From Spirochaetia bacterium (GTDB taxonomy: Bacteria > Spirochaetota > Spirochaetia > SZUA-6 > Bin103), in NCBI GenBank assembly GCA_965203905.1, contig CBDBDQ010000005.1:7552001-7616000 (forward strand): DNA of 64,000 nucleotides. The letters are read 5' to 3'. The translations under genes were made by a program, and so were the position numbers. The notes under the pieces were generated by a model that saw nothing but the letters and a program-made list of their open reading frames with translations, had not been told where the DNA came from and ran no database searches. Of the stretch, positions 10,027-18,489 are shown piece by piece; the stretch's first letter is position 1; each line of letters begins with the position of its first letter.

Positions 10027-10939
10027 ACCTGCCGCGATCCGCACCCAAACGCCCCCCACCGCCCCGCAACCTTGGATCGAGCAGGTCGCGCACCGCGTCG
10101 CCGAACATGTTGAGACTGTAAACGGTAATGGTCAGGGCAAGACCGGGAAAGAGAGCCAAGTGCGGCGCCTGCTCCATGTATCTGCGCCCTTCCCGGCTGA
10201 GCAGACCTCCCCAGTCAGGAGTCGAGAGTGGCAGACCGAATCCGAGGAAGCTCAGAGCAGCCAATGACATAATCACCCCTCCGATGTTGATGCTGAATAT
10301 GATCATGACGGGAGCCGCAATATTGGGCAGGACATGCCGGATAAATGTTCTCCATCTCGAGGACCCAATCGCCGGCGCCGCCAGAAAGTAGTCACTCTCT
10401 TTTATGCCGATAACGGCGCCTCTGACCACTCTCGAGGCGCCGATGCCGCCTGATATCCCCAGGACCAGTATCATCTGTATCAACCCCCGCCCCACTATGG
10501 ACATTACGGTTAACAACAGGAGCAGCCCCGGGAAAACAATCCAGGCATCGACGAATCTCTGCACACTCAGGTCCAGTTTACCGCCAAAGAATCCTGAAGG
10601 GCCGCCTATCAGGACAGCCACCACAACGTTGAGCGTGGTGGCGGCCAGACCGACACCTAACGAAAGACGCGCCCCGTAGATAAGGCGGCTCAAGAAGTCT
10701 CGCCCGACGTGGTCGGTACCCAGCAGATACTGAGCTGATGGGCCCTGAAGCCTGTCTGCCAGGTGTATTTCATTATAGGGATAAGGAGCCAGAACATCGG
10801 CAAAGATAGCGACCAGAATCAATATCAGTATGATAATCCCGCAGGCAGTACCCAGCGCTTTCTCCTTGACCAGCCTGATAAAGAAATCAGCCAGCCGGGT
10901 ATGTCCCGTGGAGCCACGGACCGGGGAGGGTGGCCTCAT
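9977..10939 (-). CDS. DppC-type permease
   Basis: LLGTDHVGRDFLSRLIYGAR...FGDAVRDLLDPRLRG; tail runs into the convergent dppB fragment. Confidence 0.9.
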   Translation of the reverse strand: MRPPSPVRGSTGHTRLADFFIRLVKEKALGTACGIIILILILVAIFADVLAPYPYNEIHLADRLQGPSAQYLLGTDHVGRDFLSRLIYGARLSLGVGLAATTLNVVVAVLIGGPSGFFGGKLDLSVQRFVDAWIVFPGLLLLLTVMSIVGRGLIQMILVLGISGGIGASRVVRGAVIGIKESDYFLAAPAIGSSRWRTFIRHVLPNIAAPVMIIFSINIGGVIMSLAALSFLGFGLPLSTPDWGGLLSREGRRYMEQAPHLALFPGLALTITVYSLNMFGDAVRDLLDPRLRGGGGRLGADRGRSICTEPAGPDKRRECR

Positions 10940-11892
10940 CGATAGCGGACCCTGGGGTCCAAATAAGGATAGATCATGTCGATAAGTAGAATGTTGAGCA
11001 TGACTACGGCGGAGAAGAACAGGTTTATTCCGGAGACCATCGGGTAGTCTCTTTTTTGGAGTGCATTCATAAAGAGACGGCCTAGCCCCGGGAGGTTGAA
11101 TATGTTCTCCATGATAACGGCGCCCCCCACCAGGATGGGTAACTGCAGGCCTATCAGGGTAACTACCGGGATGAATGCATTCTTGAGGGCGTGTCTCACA
11201 ACCACGACCCTCTCATCGAGACCCTTGGACCACGCCGTCCTGATATAGTCCTGCCTGAGCACCTCCAGCATCATGGTGCGCGTCATCCGCATGGTGGCAG
11301 CAGACATGGCCGTTCCCAGGATCAGGCTGGGAATGATGAACACCCCCAGACTCCCCAACGGGTCTTCGGAGAAAGGAATCACTTGCATCGCTGGTGACCA
11401 GTTCCACCAGATTGAGGGGTAGAGCATGACCATGATTCCCAGCCAGAAGTTAGGCGTTGCCAGGCCGATGATGGCGATAGTGCGCCCCGCGTAGTCGGCG
11501 GCCGTATCCTGGCGAATGGCCGAGTAGATGCCGACCGGCAGCGCGATCAAGAGCGCGATTACGATTGCCATGACACCGAGCTGAATTGTTACCGGCAATC
11601 TACGTAGTATCTCCATCTCTACCGGCGAAGCGCCCCACAGTGATTCGCCCAGGGTGCCGTGCAGGACGATATCTCCTATCCAGCGTCCATACTGCACGTA
11701 GACAGGCACGTCTAATCCCAGCATGCGCTCTAGAGCTTCACGGTCAATCGCGCCCCCGCCACCCGCCACATTGTCCGCCATTAGGTCTATTGCATCGCCC
11801 GGGATGAAGCGGACCGTGAGAAAGACCAGGATGCTCAATATGAACAGGGTGGGGATTACGAGCAATAACCGCCTGATGAAATAGGCTCTCAT
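10936..11892 (-). CDS. DppB-type permease
   Basis: MRAYFIRRLL...LEVLRQDYIRTAWSKGL...YLDPRVRYR. Confidence 0.93.
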   Translation of the reverse strand: MRAYFIRRLLLVIPTLFILSILVFLTVRFIPGDAIDLMADNVAGGGGAIDREALERMLGLDVPVYVQYGRWIGDIVLHGTLGESLWGASPVEMEILRRLPVTIQLGVMAIVIALLIALPVGIYSAIRQDTAADYAGRTIAIIGLATPNFWLGIMVMLYPSIWWNWSPAMQVIPFSEDPLGSLGVFIIPSLILGTAMSAATMRMTRTMMLEVLRQDYIRTAWSKGLDERVVVVRHALKNAFIPVVTLIGLQLPILVGGAVIMENIFNLPGLGRLFMNALQKRDYPMVSGINLFFSAVVMLNILLIDMIYPYLDPRVRYR

Positions 11893-12022
11893 ACGCTACA
11901 CCTTTTGGCGAGCCTTGCAGTAACAGATGGGAGCCGGGAAGCGCGCTCGGAAGCGCGAGAAACGAAGCCTCCCAGCTCCCTTTCCGCCTAGCCAATGGCT
12001 AAGCCACAAGCGGGCGAAACGC

Positions 12023-13840
12023 CTAATACCCCATTTGTTCCTTCAGGTCCAGATCAAGCCAGATGCGGGAGAATAATGCGCCCAGTTCGCCGGGCTCTTG
12101 CAATTTAGTCTCACCGTTATAGCCTTTGACCCACGGCCAGCTCGCGAAATAGATCGGAACGAGAGTACCGTATACCCAGCCTCGATTCTCTATCTGGTAC
12201 ATGTCCACCTCTGTTATCAGCCTCCTCTGTTCCTCGACGGTGTCTGCGGCTAAAGCGGCTTCAACCATGGCGTCCAGCTTGGGGTCCTGCCACCCGGGCG
12301 AGTTCCACATTTCGGTCGAATGAGCCCAATTCACCGTCACGGTAGGGGCAAATCTGGCACCCGTATTGGCCAGAGTGAGACCTTCATAAGTATGTTCATT
12401 CACCATAGCGTTAAATGTAGCAGCATCAACTGCGTTAATCTCTACTTTAACACCAATCTCATCCCAGTAGGAGCTGGCTACTTCTGCGTAGGTGGCATCG
12501 AACCAATCCGGCAGATTGACCTTGGTCTTGAACCTGATGCCGTCGGCACCTCGCGGATATCCAGCCGCATCGAGCAGCGCCTCTGCGCCTTCCTGGTCAT
12601 AGTTATAGGTCTTCTTGAGCTCTTCGGGCCACTCTTCAAATGGGATGATATACCCTTTGATCGCGGATATCCCGTATGGTGTGTTGTCCCCCAGACCTTT
12701 ATATAGCGTATTGTTTATGGTCTCACGGTCCAGTGCCATCTGCATTGCGTGGCGCACGCTGATGTCGTCAAAGGGCGGCTTGCGTACGTCCATGGCATAA
12801 GCGTTCAAGTTTCGAAACTTCATCGGCCACAGCTGGATTTCGGGGTGGGTCCGCCTGAGGCTGTCCACGTCGTCGATGTTGCTTATTATTGAGGAGGCGG
12901 CTGCCCAACCGATGTAATCAACCTTGCCCGTGCGCAGTGCGGCCAGACGGGTTGCGTCGTCTCTCATAATCAGTGTCTTAATCTCGTCGATATAGGGCAG
13001 GCGGTTCTCCGGGTATTTTTCGTCGTAGCCCCAGTAATTAGGATTCTTGGTAAAGGTAAAACCGCTGCCAACGACAAAGTCGCTCAGCTCATAGGGCCCG
13101 GTGCCGACCAGGGCCATCCCGTCCACAAACTTGCCCGCCGGCGCTTCAGCAGTCCTTGTTTCCTCGATTACCTCGGGGGCCTGTATATGCGCCTGATAGT
13201 TGTCAAGGAGAATCTCCAGCATTCCGAGTTTTGGCTCCGTCAGCCTAAAAACGACCGTCCATTTGTCGGTGGCCGTTATCGATTCTAATGGCAGAGTAGC
13301 CCACTGATACATCGGGGAAGGTTCGGCGTCACTGAACTTGCCGAGACCCGCTAGACGCTGATAGTTGTATACGATATCATCGGCAGTTAGCTCCCGGCCG
13401 TTCAGCGGTGCCTTATCGTGCCAGTAAACGCCCTGGCGGATGTTGAAGGTATAGGTCAGACCGTCCGCGGAAATTTCCCAGCTTTCAGCCAGTTGACCTC
13501 TCATGGCGGAGATAGGGGTGAACCCCTGAAAGTCGTATTCGTCTCTATCTATGGCCCAGTTCCTCATGCCTAGCTTCTCGAGGACGCCAGCCGTATGCCG
13601 CACGTTCCCAAGATAATGGTCCCAAGTGTCATAGTACCAGTCCGACTGGGCGAGATTTAATGTCCCGCCATACTCCGGTGCGGTCACCATCTTGCCCGTG
13701 GTGGGGTCGAGCACCATTTCCTTCTCGGCAGCGGCTGCCGAGTCGTCGCTGTCGCTGGTGCCGGCGGCCCAGAGGCCGGTTGCGGTCAGGGCGAGGACCA
13801 ACGCAACCGCGAAGGTCATACAAGTTTTTGCAATGTTCAT
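12023..13840 (-). CDS. Family-5 ABC solute-binding protein
   Basis: RBS AGGGAG; signal peptide MNIAK...GLWAAG; LAESWEIS..GLTYTFNIRQGVYWH, GTGPY, PYIDEI. Confidence 0.93.
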   Translation of the reverse strand: MNIAKTCMTFAVALVLALTATGLWAAGTSDSDDSAAAAEKEMVLDPTTGKMVTAPEYGGTLNLAQSDWYYDTWDHYLGNVRHTAGVLEKLGMRNWAIDRDEYDFQGFTPISAMRGQLAESWEISADGLTYTFNIRQGVYWHDKAPLNGRELTADDIVYNYQRLAGLGKFSDAEPSPMYQWATLPLESITATDKWTVVFRLTEPKLGMLEILLDNYQAHIQAPEVIEETRTAEAPAGKFVDGMALVGTGPYELSDFVVGSGFTFTKNPNYWGYDEKYPENRLPYIDEIKTLIMRDDATRLAALRTGKVDYIGWAAASSIISNIDDVDSLRRTHPEIQLWPMKFRNLNAYAMDVRKPPFDDISVRHAMQMALDRETINNTLYKGLGDNTPYGISAIKGYIIPFEEWPEELKKTYNYDQEGAEALLDAAGYPRGADGIRFKTKVNLPDWFDATYAEVASSYWDEIGVKVEINAVDAATFNAMVNEHTYEGLTLANTGARFAPTVTVNWAHSTEMWNSPGWQDPKLDAMVEAALAADTVEEQRRLITEVDMYQIENRGWVYGTLVPIYFASWPWVKGYNGETKLQEPGELGALFSRIWLDLDLKEQMGY

Positions 13841-14052
13841 AGGTTTCTCCCTATGTGGATTTTTCGAGAGTATTGCGGAGCGGATTGCCGCTCCCTGGCT
13901 ACTCTCGCGCCCGCAACGCAGACGGCCAGTTTGAGTCAAATGGCTGAAGCGCGCGGCGTGTGACTCAACGGGTGAGCGGGAACCAGGCCCGTAGTTCACC
14001 CCGGCTCACGCCGCGCGCGCGTGCGGTTCTTTGAGTATCATTCGAACTTCCT

Positions 14053-15650
14053 GTGCGCCGGCAAAAACCGGCAAGGTGTTGTGAATGGAAGAGTCATACG
14101 TCGAAGGGCTAGCGACCCACGGCGGCCCCGAGTCATGCGCCGTCGCCCGCGAGGGCGGGGGTGAAGCGTTGACAGGGGTACGTGCGGGCCGGGTATCGAG
14201 CCGCGAAAGAGATTACTTTGGGGTGCCGACGCCGTAGGAGGATGCGGAAGGCCACACTCGGGGCGCCGATAACGCGAGGCGCCACGGGACCCTGCGCGGT
14301 CACAGACCCCGGGCACGTACGGAAACACCTTGCGCGGGAGCCGGGAGATCCCAGCTTCGCCTGTGGCGGATGGCGCCGCAGGCCGTGTCGGGAAGTCCAA
14401 GGACGGACGCCGACGATGAACGGAGCTGGGAAGTCGGACAGGCCCCCGGCCTGGCGGCCGCCCTGCGGGGTACCTGGGAGACCCGCGAACAAGGACGGGG
14501 GCTGCCGCAGGCGGCGCGGCTATGGTGAACCCTACACGGGCACGCAGGCGGAAACGCCGGATACAGCCAAGGGAGAACCTACGGCCACGCCGGCCGGCAG
14601 CGCCCCAACCGCGGAGCGGGTGGAGGGAAGGGGCCTGGCCAAAGGGAATCCGCGCCAGCAAAACGCGCCCCGGACACCGCGCCGGCAATATGGCGTGCAC
14701 AGTGCGTTGGAGCGGATACGTCAAGCAGCGCGACGGGATAGGACGCTGCGGTTCACCGCGCTCATGCACCACGTCGACAACCCCGCGATCCTCCGGGAGG
14801 CGTACTTCAGCCTCAAGCGGGAAGCCGCGCCGGGGGTGGATCGGGTGACGTGGCGGCAGTACGGCAGGGACCTGGAGGACAACCTCCTGGACCTCTGTGG
14901 ACGGCTGCAGCGAGGAGCGTACCGGGCGATGCCGGTGCGGAGGGTGTTCGTCCCCAAGAGCGACGGGCGGCAACGACCGCTCGGCGTGACGGCGCTGGAC
15001 GACAAGATCGTCCAGCGTGCGACAGTCGAGGTGCTGAACACCATCTACGAGACCGACTTTCTCGGGTTCAGTTACGGGTTCCGGCCGGGGCGCAGCCAGC
15101 ACAATGCGTTGGACGCGCTCTATGTGGGCCTGCTGACACGGAAGGTGAACTGGGTGCTCGACGTGGACATCCGTGGGTTCTTTGACGCCATCGACCACGG
15201 TTGGCTGGTGAAGTTCGTCGAGCACCGCATCGGGGACCGGCGCGTCGTGCGGCTCATCCAGAAATGGCTGAACGCCGGCGTGCTGGAAGACGGGACGCTC
15301 CGGCGGCGCCTGCACGATCCGGTCCCGGAGGTGGGAAGCTGGCTGCGCACGGTTGTGGGTGGGCACCTTCGCTACTACGGGGTGCCCACGAACTCCCGCG
15401 CACTGCGCCTGTTCCGCCTGCGGGTAGGTCGGCTCTGGTATCGGTCGATGCGGCGGCGCAGTCAGAAAACCCGGCTTACCTGGGAGTGAATGGGCCGCCT
15501 GCTCGACCACTGGTTGCCGCCGCCCCGAGTGTGCCACCCCTATCCCCTGCACCGCCTTGGCGTCATACCTGAGGCAGGAGCCCGGTGCGGTAGTTCCGCT
15601 CGCCGGGATCTGTGGAGGGGGTGATCAGCGATGGTCATTCCTACTCCAAC
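14053..15650 (+). mobile_element. Group II intron (probably bacterial class E), RT-defective
   Basis: 5' GTGCG; EBS1 AGGAGG (14236-14241) pairs with IBS1 CTTCCT (14047-14052); domain V GAGCCCGGTGCGGTAGTTCCGCTCGCCGGGATC; domain VI with bulged A, ending ...CTCCAAC. Confidence 0.88.
14416..15489 (+). pseudogene. Group II intron reverse transcriptase/maturase with internal deletion and nonsense codon
   Basis: RT0-RT3 present (AAPGVD, RPLG, FSYGFRPGRS, VLDVDIRGFFD). KWLNAGVLEDG is joined directly to the thumb (LRRRLHDP); no PQG or YADD motif. TGA at 15487 precedes in-frame MGRLLDHWLPPPRVCHPYP. Confidence 0.9.
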
Positions 15651-15944
15651 TCTTGGGGCACAGGGTGCCCTGCCAGATGGCTGACGTAAGATGGGATCCG
15701 CGTGTGCGCCCCATCATGCAAACGCCCACCGCTCGGCGGACGTTGGGACCTGCGTCACAACGCCACGCGGGGCGCTGGTCGGCCGAGCAACGCATGTGGT
15801 TGACCGGCGACGTCGGCGGTCGGTTCTGTGACGGTGAGTTGGGGGGCGGGGATCCAGGACCGTTGCGGTCGTAGCCGGCCGCTACCCCGGTGCTGAAGGC
15901 GACGGCGTGCGCGGGGTAGCGTACGGGGCGATCAGCCGGAGCGG

Positions 15945-16052
15945 TTAGTTGTTTCTCGGTTTGAAAAAGTGGGGGGCGGGGGGGGGGGGGGGATGCACCG
16001 GTCGCGTCACAGCGAACCGGTCACTGCGCTGCCTGTCATCGTGACGCTTCAT
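15945..16052 (-). CDS. Putative micro-ORF, unit 1 (35 aa, MKRHDDRQRSDRFAVTRPVHPPPPPAPHFFKPRNN)
   Basis: Follows a promoter-like element; third-position variation among the three units; spans the poly-C tract. Confidence 0.4.
   Translation of the reverse strand: MKRHDDRQRSDRFAVTRPVHPPPPPAPHFFKPRNN
15971..15992. repeat. G6-C-G15 homopolymer tract
   Basis: Read directly from the sequence. Confidence 0.9.
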
Positions 16053-16079
16053 GACCATCCGTCGAACCCCAGGTGAGGC

Positions 16080-16108
16080 ACGCTAGCATAGGCGCGGCGC
16101 GCCGTCAA
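16080..16108 (-). promoter_or_regulatory. sigma70-like promoter in repeat unit 1
   Basis: TTGACG-17 bp-TAGCGT with an extended -10 TG. Confidence 0.6.
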
Positions 16109-16121
16109 CGACTCGTGGCGG

Positions 16122-16187
16122 TCACCGGGATGAGCGAAAGGTCACCGGCAACCCGTCACTACGCTGACTGTCATCATGGCGCTTCAT
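16122..16187 (-). CDS. Putative micro-ORF, unit 2 (21 aa, MKRHDDSQRSDGLPVTFRSSR)
   Basis: Same conserved N-terminus as unit 1. Confidence 0.35.
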   Translation of the reverse strand: MKRHDDSQRSDGLPVTFRSSR

Positions 16188-16309
16188 CGGCATCCGTCGC
16201 CCCAAGCCAAGCATGCTAGCGTGGGCGCGACCACCCGGTCAACGACTCCGACGTCACCGAACATGACCGGCCACCGGTCACTGCGCTGGCTGTCATCGTG
16301 GCGCTTCAT
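16184..16309 (-). CDS. Putative micro-ORF, unit 3 (41 aa, MKRHDDSQRSDRWPVMF...)
   Basis: Same conserved N-terminus; its stop overlaps the unit-2 ATG (ATGA). Confidence 0.35.
   Translation of the reverse strand: MKRHDDSQRSDRWPVMFGDVGVVDRVVAPTLACLAWGDGCR
16213..16242 (-). promoter_or_regulatory. sigma70-like promoter in repeat unit 2
   Basis: TTGACC-18 bp-TAGCAT. Confidence 0.55.
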
Positions 16310-16588
16310 CGTTCCGTCGGACCCCAAGCGAGGGAAGAGCTAACAGCACGCCGATCAGACTGCCATTCACCCCGCCTCATGTGCCCATTGCCGCGTCCTG
16401 TCCCCGCCGCCACCCCCTCAATGGCGAATCCTGCGGACCGCCGGGAAGAGCCATTGGGCGATTCAGAGCGAGCGCGAAGGCCCCTTCGAGTCTCTAATCG
16501 CTCAATTCGAGACTTACACGCATAGGTTTGTGATGGCTTACGGCGGTCTTACTCGTGCGTGGGTCCTCCGGCTGCCGCGCCGGCGTGC

Positions 16589-17431
16589 TCACTCTTGCTC
16601 GGGGTCGATGCCTGAGCGCCGCAGCAGGGCCGCCAAGCGTTCGGCGCGCCGGTGTTCCTCGTCGGCACGCAGTCGCTGTTCCCGTCCCGTCGGAATCAAC
16701 ACGCCATGCTCGTCCACCCAGCGCAGCCACCGGTGGCGGACCGCCTCGAACACCCCATCCCACAGCGTCAGCCCCAACCGCAACTCGGGAAACCACGGCG
16801 ACTGCTGCTCGTAGCTCCCTGCGCTCAACCGGTAAGTGCGCAGGTCGTCGTCCATCACCTGATGCAGCGGATCGTGGATCACGTAGTACCCGACTCCCAT
16901 CGCCGCGTACCGCTGCCGCTTGCGGCCCACCTCGTTGCCTTTCTGGTTCGAGACGATCTCCACCACCAGGTCCGGCGGCTTGCCGAACTCCCACACGAAG
17001 TACGACCGGTGCACCTTGTCCCAGAAGTTCTCGTGCACCTGCACGTCCAGGCTCACGAACACGTCCGGCACGATTGCCGGGTTGCGCGGCTCCGGGAATA
17101 CCCCCACGTTGGCCGCCGCCAGGAAGCTGCGCCCGCCGCCCGGTCCGGACCAGGAACTGTACAGCGGCTCGGTGAGCAGGCGTTGCTGCTTCTCGGAGGG
17201 CATGTTGTCCACCGGCGTATCATCCTCGGTCACCAGGGTTTCGATGTCGACGCCGAGTGTCACCGCGGACGGCGCCGCGGCGCCCACCGGCCGCGCGACC
17301 GGGGCGGCATGGGGCACGCCCACGATGGGGCGCGCGAGCACCTCGGCCGGCGTCCGGTCCGGCTTCGCCGCGGGCTCCCCGGCTTGCGGGTCAGGCGCGG
17401 AGTGACCGGCGTTGAAGGTTGGCGAGTCCAT
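16589..17431 (-). CDS. Uma2-family (PD-(D/E)XK) endonuclease
   Basis: LVTEDDTPVDN..SEKQQRLL, PDVFVSL, PDLVVEIVS, coiled-coil tail; TATACT upstream. Confidence 0.9.
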   Translation of the reverse strand: MDSPTFNAGHSAPDPQAGEPAAKPDRTPAEVLARPIVGVPHAAPVARPVGAAAPSAVTLGVDIETLVTEDDTPVDNMPSEKQQRLLTEPLYSSWSGPGGGRSFLAAANVGVFPEPRNPAIVPDVFVSLDVQVHENFWDKVHRSYFVWEFGKPPDLVVEIVSNQKGNEVGRKRQRYAAMGVGYYVIHDPLHQVMDDDLRTYRLSAGSYEQQSPWFPELRLGLTLWDGVFEAVRHRWLRWVDEHGVLIPTGREQRLRADEEHRRAERLAALLRRSGIDPEQE

Positions 17432-17490
17432 GCGCTGACCGAGTATAGCGGAGCCGCACGTCGCGGACCAGTGGCGCGCCGGCCGGAGGT

Positions 17491-18130
17491 CTACGCACAG
17501 CCGGGTTCGGTTCCGCGCCAGCGGTGCGCTGGCTTGGCGGCCGGCTGTGCGGCGAGCCGGTCACGGGCGCCGCGCCAGAGCCCGGCCCACGCCTCCGGGT
17601 CACGCCTCCGGGTCACGCAGCTCACTCTCCGGGTCGAGCCGGCTGCGGGCCACGAATCCGGGGAACTCCGGGCGGCCGATAGGCTGGCCGATCGGGTTGG
17701 AGCGCAGGTCGAGGCTCCAGCGTATCCGGTCGCTGACGTTGGGAGGCGAGCCGTGGATGGTGTGCTTGTGCATCAGGATCACGTCGCCGGAACGGATCGG
17801 GAGTAATCCGGTCGAGATCCAGCAACGCGTCGGGGATGGCGAGCGGGCGTCCCGGTAGGTTCGGGCATTGGGTTCGCAGCGCCTCCCGGTAGCTGCGCGG
17901 AATCACCTGCAGACAGCCGCGCTCCACGGGTGCATCGGACCGCGCGATCCATACCGTGAGCATGTCGGTTTCGTCGGCGACCGGGTCCCGCCGTTGTCCT
18001 GGTGCCACGGGTTGGCACGCGCCAACACGTCGGTGGCGCCATCGGGAGGAGGCGCTCGGGCGGCTTGATACGTATGTGCTGGACGGGATTGGAATAGACT
18101 TCCGGACCGATCAGGCACTCGACTCGGAGG
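17491..18130 (-). pseudogene. Degraded phytanoyl-CoA dioxygenase (PhyH)-family gene
   Basis: Fragments in three frames: YSNPVQHIRIKPP, PWHQD, MLTVWIA..GCLQVIP, HKHTIHGS..RIRWSLDLR; a 13-bp tandem duplication (17588-17613) shifts the frame. Confidence 0.85.
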
Positions 18131-18328
18131 TGCTGCCCGTGGACCCGTGGGTGCGCGCGTACGAAGTTCGCGCCGCCGACCGGCATCTTCTACCGTATCA
18201 CGCCGGATGCACGGTGACCGCCACCCGCGGCTCCATCCTTGGCGCCACGGGTTGCATGTAGCTCCCGGCCCGCGACAGGGAAGTCGTGGGCCGGGAGCCC
18301 GTCGGTACTCCGAAGGCGCGCCCGGAAT

Positions 18329-18484
18329 GCGCCCGACCAAGTCAACCAGCGCAGGGCTGTGTATGGGCGTGACTTGGCCGGTCAGCCCGAAGCAGCGCCA
18401 GGGCACCGCGGCACCGCAGACCGAGTCAGGGAAGTGTGCCGAGTTAGGTGGTCCCGTAGAGCTGGGTCCGAGAAGCACGCCAAA
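18329..18484 (-). repeat. Gene remnant paralogous to 8355-8502
   Basis: FSDPALRDHLTRHTSLTRSAVP...QVTPIHSPALVDLVGR with an 8-bp internal duplication. Confidence 0.7.
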
Positions 18485-18489
18485 GGAGG

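Larger units (their letters stand above)
16017..16345 (-). repeat. Three degenerate tandem units (starts 16017, 16152, 16274)
   Basis: Core GTCACT(G/A)CGCTGnCTGTCATC(G/A)TG(A/G)CGCTTCAT...TCCGTCG..CCCCA..GCTA; GTCAACGACTC in units 1-2. Confidence 0.9.

Noticed and set aside
16055-16075. tmRNA-like 5' end (GGGGTTCGACGG on the minus strand)
   Set aside because: Short match only; no tRNA-like 3' end or tag ORF
16017-16345. CRISPR or TIGR-like (box C/D) guide array
   Set aside because: Only three long degenerate units, no constant repeat with unique equal-length spacers, and no cas or Nop-domain gene nearby; ATGATGA occurs in one unit only
4031-17431. Diversity-generating retroelement (RT plus near-identical repeats)
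   Set aside because: The RT is group II intron-type and lacks YADD; differences between the Uma2 copies are not adenine-specific
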